Of a stretch of 54,327 nt of DNA, positions 47,915 to 54,327 are shown in pieces. The notes under the pieces were generated by a model, which did no database searches, had not been told where the DNA came from, and worked only from the letters and a program-made list of their open reading frames with translations. The DNA comes from Macrostomum lignano. Taxonomy: Eukaryota. How positions within the stretch are numbered: the stretch's first letter is position 1; every line of letters starts with the position of its first letter. The stretch is taken from positions 1 through 54,327 of the forward strand of contig NIVC01004219.1 in NCBI GenBank assembly GCA_002269645.1. The letters are read 5' to 3'. The position numbers and the translations under genes are program-made.

Positions 47915-48470
47915 TTGCATGACACTTCTTTTTATGTTTGAAATGGTGCCTCTTTTATGTTTGAAATGGGGGCTCTTCTATGTTAGACATGGTAGCACTT
48001 TAATGTTTGAGATGGTGGCTCTTCTATGTTTGCCATGGTGGCCCTTTTACATTTGAAAATTGAAATGGTGTCTTTGTTATTTTTGACATGGACATGGTAG
48101 CTCAGTTGTTTGACATGGTGGCTCTTTAATGTTTGACATGGAGTCACATATATGTTTGACATAGTGGTTCCCTTATGTGGCATGGTGTCTCTTTTATGTT
48201 TCATGTTTGACATGGAGTCACATATATGTTTGACATGGAGTCACATATATGGCTCTTTTAGACTTTTAGTATCAAACATAGAAGAGCTACAATGTCAAAA
48301 CATTATTGAGCCAGCATGCCAAACATAAAAAAGACACCATTTCAAATGTAAAAGGGCCGCCATGTCAAACATAGAAGAGCCACCACGTCAAACATAAAAG
48401 AGCCACCATGTCAAACATAACAGAGCCACCATGTCAATCATAACAGAGCCATCATATCAAACATATACGT
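47915..48470. repeat. Foldback array: 23-bp units in opposite orientations around ~48265
   Basis: TGACATGGTGGCTCTTTTATGTT units on the left, CATGTCAAACATAAAAGAGCCAC units on the right. Confidence 0.85.
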
Positions 48471-48573
48471 GACTGTAATTAGTAAATAGTAAATAGTAAA
48501 TAGAGCTGAGCTCATGCACTGTAAATATTGCGAAATTAAACTTTAGAGGTGCAGGGGCGGAGGAAGAAAAGTA

Positions 48574-50558
48574 CGCATTTGTTTCCCATCGATATTCGCA
48601 TTGATATTCGAATTTTAACAAAAGCAAAATACTAAAAGCAACCGTAGCATGAAACTTTACACAGAGTAAACTGCAACCGTGAAACGACTATTGGTCAAGT
48701 TTCAGCTCGATATGTCACTTTGGCTTTGAGCAGGAGCGATTTTCGATGTGTTCCATTTAAAATACATGTGATTCCAAAATTCATATTGATATTCGAGTAC
48801 AGGTACTTCTGCCTCACCGATCTTGACGAAACTTTACACAGAGTAAACTGCAACCGTGAAACGACTATTGGTCAAGTTTCAGCTCGATATGTCACTTTGG
48901 CTTTAGTATCAATCGAGAGCAGGAGCGATTTTCGATGCGTTCCATTTAAAATACATGTGATTCCAAAATTCATATTGATATTCGAGTACAGGTACTTCTG
49001 CCTCACCGATCTTGACGAAACTTTACACAGAGTAAACTGCAACCGTGAAACGACTATTGGTCAAGTTTCAGCTCGACATGTCACTTTGGCTTTGAGCAGG
49101 AGCGATTTTCGATGTGTTCAATTTAAAATACATGTGATTCCAAAATTCATATTGATATTCGAGTACAGGTACTTCTGCCTCACCGATCTTGACGAAACTT
49201 TACACAGAGTAAACTGCAACCGTGAAACGACTATTGGTCAAGTTTCAGCTCGATATGTCACTTTGGCTTTAGTATCAATCGAGAGCAGGAGCGATTTTCG
49301 ATGCGTTCCATTTAAAATACATGTGATTCCAAAATTCATATTGATATTCGAGTACAGGTACTTCTGCCTCACCGATCTTGACGAAACTTTACACAGAGTA
49401 AACTGCAACCGTGAAACGACAGAAACGAAAACAGAAACGTAAAAAGTCAAAATCATGCAGTATGTGGGTGACTTGCATGCCATGCAGCTTAGAGACGAAT
49501 TATAAAACAGTAATTTACAATATCAAGTAACAGTTGGCAACATGTTTTAAGTACTGTAGATAAGTCATTGTAGTCGTAGAAAAGTTCATATCGCTCAAAT
49601 GAATAGTCAGCAGAAATGTAACGAAGTGCTCCGAATTGAAGTTGCATAGTACGGATTTAGATTAGCCAGGTAGTAGAAAAACGGTATGGCAGTTCTCACA
49701 AATAAAATTCTCGACTGGCCGATTGCACATGATACCAGTACAAGCAAGATGGGCACTCGATCTGGAAAAAATCGTCGCATTGCATCATAATAATTGCTAT
49801 CAAATTTCAGACTGCTATACGCATTCAGCCAGTCGTTCAGGCAGTAGCGTTATGTTTTTTGATCCTGTCAATCATCTAGAGGGTTTGCTATACTCGTATG
49901 TTGCAAACCTATATTAGTTTTAAAAAGGCTGAATCGAGAAAATATTTTTTGTTGGACCTACCCAGTCGATCGGAGCATTGGCGACAGGACTGCATGTATC
50001 AGGACAGCTTTTTTTGCATGCATGGCAAAACTCTTGGTTCCCTCCGAGACTGTAAACTTCGATAACCGCCCAGATGTGATGTCTAAATGACTCCAGTGAT
50101 TGGGCGTCACGCTTGAAAAAGGGCACTTTTCCGAGCACAATCGCCCTGGCGTAGATACAGACGAAAACACCGCAGCTGTATCAATCGACCTGCATTGTAC
50201 GTGGCAATGTATCGGCTACGAACTTGTCTTGACACTTCCTGAATAAAGGAGCTGCCGAATCCACGAAAGGTAAGAGGACAACCGAATCGAGAAGGCGACT
50301 GCAATTTTGCATGTTCATATCAGAATAGACTGTACTCGAATATCAATATGAATTTTGGAATCACATGTATTTTAAATGGAACACATCGAAAATCGCTCCT
50401 GCTCAAAGCCAGTTACATATCGAGCTGAAACTTGACCAATAGTCGTTTCACGGTTGCAGTTTACTCTGTGTAAAGTTTCATGCTACGGGTTGCTTTTAGT
50501 ATTTTGCTTTTGTTAAAATTCGAATATCAATGCGAATATCAATGGGGAAACAAATGCG
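48574..50558. mobile_element. Non-autonomous DNA transposon with ~229-bp TIRs and TA TSD
   Basis: 48574-48802 is the near-perfect reverse complement of 50330-50558. TA at 48572-73 and 50559-60. No intact transposase. Confidence 0.9.
48651..49420. repeat. Satellite of alternating 177/189-bp units derived from the left TIR
   Basis: GAAACTTTACACAG at 48651, 48828, 49017, 49194 and 49383. Confidence 0.95.
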
Positions 50559-51775
50559 TAGAAAAGTTGGGCTTTAAATTTGGCGATTGCGGATTTTGAA
50601 CTCGGGGTTTCTTCGAAACCGGTCGTCGCTGCGTTCGCACGAATTGAAGCCAGAAAATCGCACAGATGAATCACAACGAAAGTTTGCCTCCTGTTTTACT
50701 CCGGCTGCGCGGGTCCTCAATTCCGGGGGAGGGTAGTTTCGGTCGTAGACGAGCGGTCTTCGTTAGGCGCGAGCGTTCAGAGAGGGTCCTCAGACACCGT
50801 AGTTAATGCACTTCGATTGCTTGACTGATTACTGTTAGTAGAGTAGCGCTGCCACCACCGTAATTTACGTATTACGGAACGTTGAAGTCTCAGAGCTTGC
50901 TTCGAGATGAGACGGGGTTATTTTACGCCCGCGGGCAAATGACTCAAGAAAAGCTATGACTTTTAATCCAGAGATGAAGTAACAGGATGCTGTAACCGTT
51001 GGCTTGATTATTTATTATTCGGTAAATCAAGTTATTATATAGTTAAAGTAATATTATTTGAACGAGCTGCGACAGACGTTAATGTTCAGGGGTGCCGCGG
51101 TGCGGGCTTACTCAAATAAAACTAAGTTAGGTTTTCCTTCAAGTAGTAGACTGCGTTAAATAAACGTTATTAAGTTAAGGGCGAGGCGGAAAAGGGAGTT
51201 AAAGGGACGTCAGAGGAGAAGAAAGGCATGAGGAGAGGACAGGCGCAGGAGGCGGTAATAAATACCCAGGAAACAGGTCACAAAAAGGCTTGCGAGGCCA
51301 GAAACTGGGGAAGGGCGAAAACGCAAAGGCCAAAAAGGATTCAACAAAAATTGCCGCAGAAACACATAGAAAAACAAATTTAAAACATAAATTGGACGAA
51401 CAAACGCCAGAAAATGGCGAGGGGAACAGAAAAGGGGCAGGATACGTCACAACTAGCGCCAGGGAGTGGACGAACGGGGACCAGAATGGGGCAAACATAA
51501 TTTTAAAGTCCAGAAAATGTAATGTGATTAAAAAATCAAATTCCACATCGAGCAATTGGTGGTATCCAACTACCACACTTTCCGCTGATAAACTCTTAGA
51601 ATTTTGTTGATTAAAACAAAAATTATGGTCTAGATCTGCTGTTAATGTTCTTTAAATCATAGAATTCCTATTTGCATTGAGATATTTAAATATATATAAG
51701 ATCAAAAAATTAAGGAGAAGCCAATGTAGTGATCGAGAACACCGGGAGGGGTTTACAAATATCTGGGAGCCAGCA

Positions 51776-51777
<2 letters not shown>

Positions 51778-51870
<93 letters not shown>
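51778..51870. repeat. (GTA)31 microsatellite
   Basis: Perfect trinucleotide run. Confidence 0.99.
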
Positions 51871-52784
51871 AGTTTGGTTCAGGCCAAGAGCCTGTTTTGC
51901 CAATATGATTCAATGTATTTAATATTTGTTCAAAAGGTTGATTATTTTTACATGAACGATGAATACGATTTGAATGATAATTGTTAATTGTATTTAAGTA
52001 TAAGGTATTTGAAAGAACGTCTGGAATTTTTACGGTTTTTTTCGGACGACTACGACTGATCCAACAGAACAACAAGATTTAAAAGTAGGGAATAATAAAA
52101 AAGAAAAAACAGATACCGTATGACTTTGATGCAAAACGATTCTTCTAAAATGCGATTCAAAAAGTTAAATATTTTTTTCTGTCAATATAACAAATATCGA
52201 GTATAAGGAATGCTCTCAATAATAGGCGATTTTTCGTAAAGTGTAATAGTGCTCAATTTGAGTTCACGTGCACTTCTATTATTTTCTATTATTTTCTCTT
52301 TCTTTCTCTCTGCGTCAACCCCACCCCTGCATTGTCTTTCGCGAAATTTCTTTTCGTTTCTGATTGGCTGTAAACGCGTGAATAACGAACCCTAACCAAT
52401 GGAGTGCTTAGTGCCCACCCTGTCGGAGAAATCCAATTGGCTAGGATTTTCTAAGCTGAGTCTTTCACCCTGCTCCCCCCGCGCGGTCAAAGTCTAATTC
52501 AAGCAAGCTGGCAAGCTAATAAATCAAGTTTCTTTGACTAACGAAGTCTTCTATAGTTGGCGGGAATTCGAACTCCGGAATACGCGGCTACAAAAGATAT
52601 AGTATTTGAAAGCTCGTGATATTGAAAGCGTGAAAAACGAGTATATACACACTTCAAACGAACTTTTAACGTCTAACGACTAACGAGGATTTAAATAGGA
52701 AATAAAAAAGACAGGAAATGAATATACAACTGAAAGCGGATTTTTTACACTGCTGATGCATCTGTTTCAGTTTGCATAACTGTT

Positions 52785-53120
52785 TTAGCTATTCATGACT
52801 TCATATATTTTAGCTACACCAGTTAGCTCTTTTCTGATTCTTTTTTCATTTGTAGCATATCCTATCTTGTGTACTGCATGGTTGTCATCTCTAAGACAAG
52901 AGGTATTGACAGAGAAGTAATTTTTCCTGATCTCTTGAGCTTTTTGACATTCCGTCAAGTAGTGTAGGATATCGGAACCATTTCTCGCTCCACACAGTCT
53001 ACATGCTTCTTGAGAAATTATGTTGGGTGTGTAATCTTGTTTAGGAGGGTTGTTAAGAATTTTGTTTCTAAAAATGCATGGAAAGTAATCTGAAAGGAAA
53101 CCAAAAACCACATCCTAAAA
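52785..53120 (-). mobile_element. Non-LTR retrotransposon ORF2 C-terminal fragment with CCHC zinc knuckle
   Basis: CRLCGARNGSDILHYLTEC (C-x2-C...H-x4-C) followed by about 45 aa to the stop, as in LINE ORF2 3' ends. Confidence 0.6.
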
Positions 53121-53266
53121 CAAAAAAGCGCTAATCGCGCAAGGTCCAAGCGCCAAAATTACGGTACAAACGCAAAGGGATATAAATAACCCATACACTG
53201 GCTCATAACGATGAATTTAACGATTTATATGAATATTATACACAGTAGTACACTTGGCACCGATAA

Positions 53267-53945
53267 CAACAACAACAACAGAATACGCAGGTTAGCGTCA
53301 CAGGGCGTGCTTCAAGGCCAGGTCACGAATGAACGCCACGCCGCCGGCCGAATCCGGGGCGCCGGCGTCAGCCAGCAGGCAGTCGACGCAACGCCGAGTG
53401 CGCGCCTGCCCCCGCCGGTAGGGTGCCTGCGGCGTTAGCAGCAGCACCTCCTGCACCGGCTCAAGGACTTCTAGACTAGTCTAGTTAGTCTAGACTGCAA
53501 CCCGGACTGCAACCGCGATAATAGGATGCAGTTATCGCGGTTGCAGTCCGTGCTGGATCCGTACCTGCGTCCTGAACAGAACGGCTTCCGGCCCCATCGC
53601 GGCACAGTGACGCAGATCCTGGCTCTTCGGCCAGTCATCGAGGAAGCACGGATACGCCAGTCGATTCTGATTATAATCTTCATAGATTTCAAGAAGGCAT
53701 TCGACTCGGTCGAACGTCAAGTCTGTGCTCCCAAAGGTGCTCCGTGCGTACAACGTGCCAGAGCAGCTGAGTTCCGCCATCATGGCGATGTACCGTAATA
53801 CGAAAGTTGCTGTTTCAACACCGGACGGCCTATCGGACTTCTTTGAGACATCCTCCGGGTGCTTCAGGGAGATACGCTTGCGCCGTTCCTGTTTGTTCTG
53901 GTGCTTGACTGGGTGCTGCGGACCGCTCTTCCTACCAACGACGAC
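53267..53945. mobile_element. RTE-clade non-LTR retrotransposon, 5'-truncated and 5'-inverted, with 11-bp TSD
   Basis: Minus strand 53474-53298: EPVQEVLLLTPQAPYRRGQARTRRCVDCLLADAG...* plus a (TGT)n tail. Plus strand 53522-53945: RT motifs LRPEQNGFRPHR, FIDFKKAFDSV, LQGDTLAPFLFVLVLDWVLR (frameshifted). GGCACCGATAA on both flanks. Confidence 0.9.
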
Positions 53946-54327
53946 GGCACCGATAAGCAAACTAGACTACCGAAATTCCGGGTTCCAAAAAGCGTGGAAA
54001 TAAAATGCCTGAAACCGCTTGAAGATATCTCAGAAAGAGAGAAAATTCGACAGGTTATAAATGTGACGCTTGTCATTCTAAAAATTTTTGCTGCGATTAA
54101 AGAATTATTTTTTATTTCCCATTCTGTAGAGCTCATGCAGGTGCAATATAAATAGTGAAATGACGGTTGTTTGGTTTGTGAGCTGGGTAACTGTGGGGGG
54201 GGGGTTGTTTATTTAACTTAGCTTTGTCACCTTGTTTGCAGCTTGCGATCTGCGTGTACTCAGTAAATACTTGTGTACTCTATGCGTACTCTACTCTGTT
54301 CCATGTGCATCATTGCGCTAGCCATTG

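Noticed and set aside
48720-49442. 240-aa repeat ORF
   Set aside because: A consequence of 177/189-bp units being multiples of 3. The sequence is TIR-derived and shows no recognisable domain.
49920-50304. Possible mariner N-terminal HTH remnant inside the long-TIR element (LDITSGR)
   Set aside because: Similarity is too weak to call by eye; needs tBLASTn or HMM confirmation.
51199-51610. 106-aa charged ORF, possible Penelope GIY-YIG or LINE piece
   Set aside because: No diagnostic motif could be recognised.
51652-52075. Poly-Tyr and poly-Leu ORFs
   Set aside because: (TAC)n microsatellite. The adjacent minus-strand segment may be a LINE 3' end with a TAC tail, but motifs are insufficient.
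52555-52620. Box B-like GAGTTCGAATTCC on minus strand
   Set aside because: No box A or cloverleaf.

Overview
Eukaryotic, intron-rich and extremely minisatellite-rich genomic DNA. The style (GC-rich exons with poly-Q/poly-A tracts, a private tandem array in most introns) resembles the flatworm Macrostomum; this is an inference, not a database match. Three spliced genes could be rebuilt by hand with GT-AG boundaries and consistent phases. (1) A FoxN2/3 forkhead transcription factor on the minus strand, 4 coding exons, about 894 aa, with an AT-hook motif. (2) A GT32 DXD glycosyltransferase on the plus strand, 2 coding exons, about 366 aa. (3) A choline transporter-like SLC44/CTL2-type gene on the minus strand, 12 coding exons, about 753 aa, with one apparent 1-bp frameshift. 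The rest comprises a decayed piggyBac, a mariner with intact TIRs and TA target inserted into a minisatellite, a 2-kb long-TIR element whose TIR has seeded a satellite, several MITEs, a tRNA-derived SINE with a MIR/CORE-like domain, LINE fragments, and about 25 tandem arrays. The most striking observation is an RTE retrotransposon insertion that is 5'-inverted, bounded by an 11-bp target-site duplication, and carries a snap-back hairpin filler at the inversion junction (twin-priming-like). Most ORFs in the supplied track are repeat or antisense artefacts.
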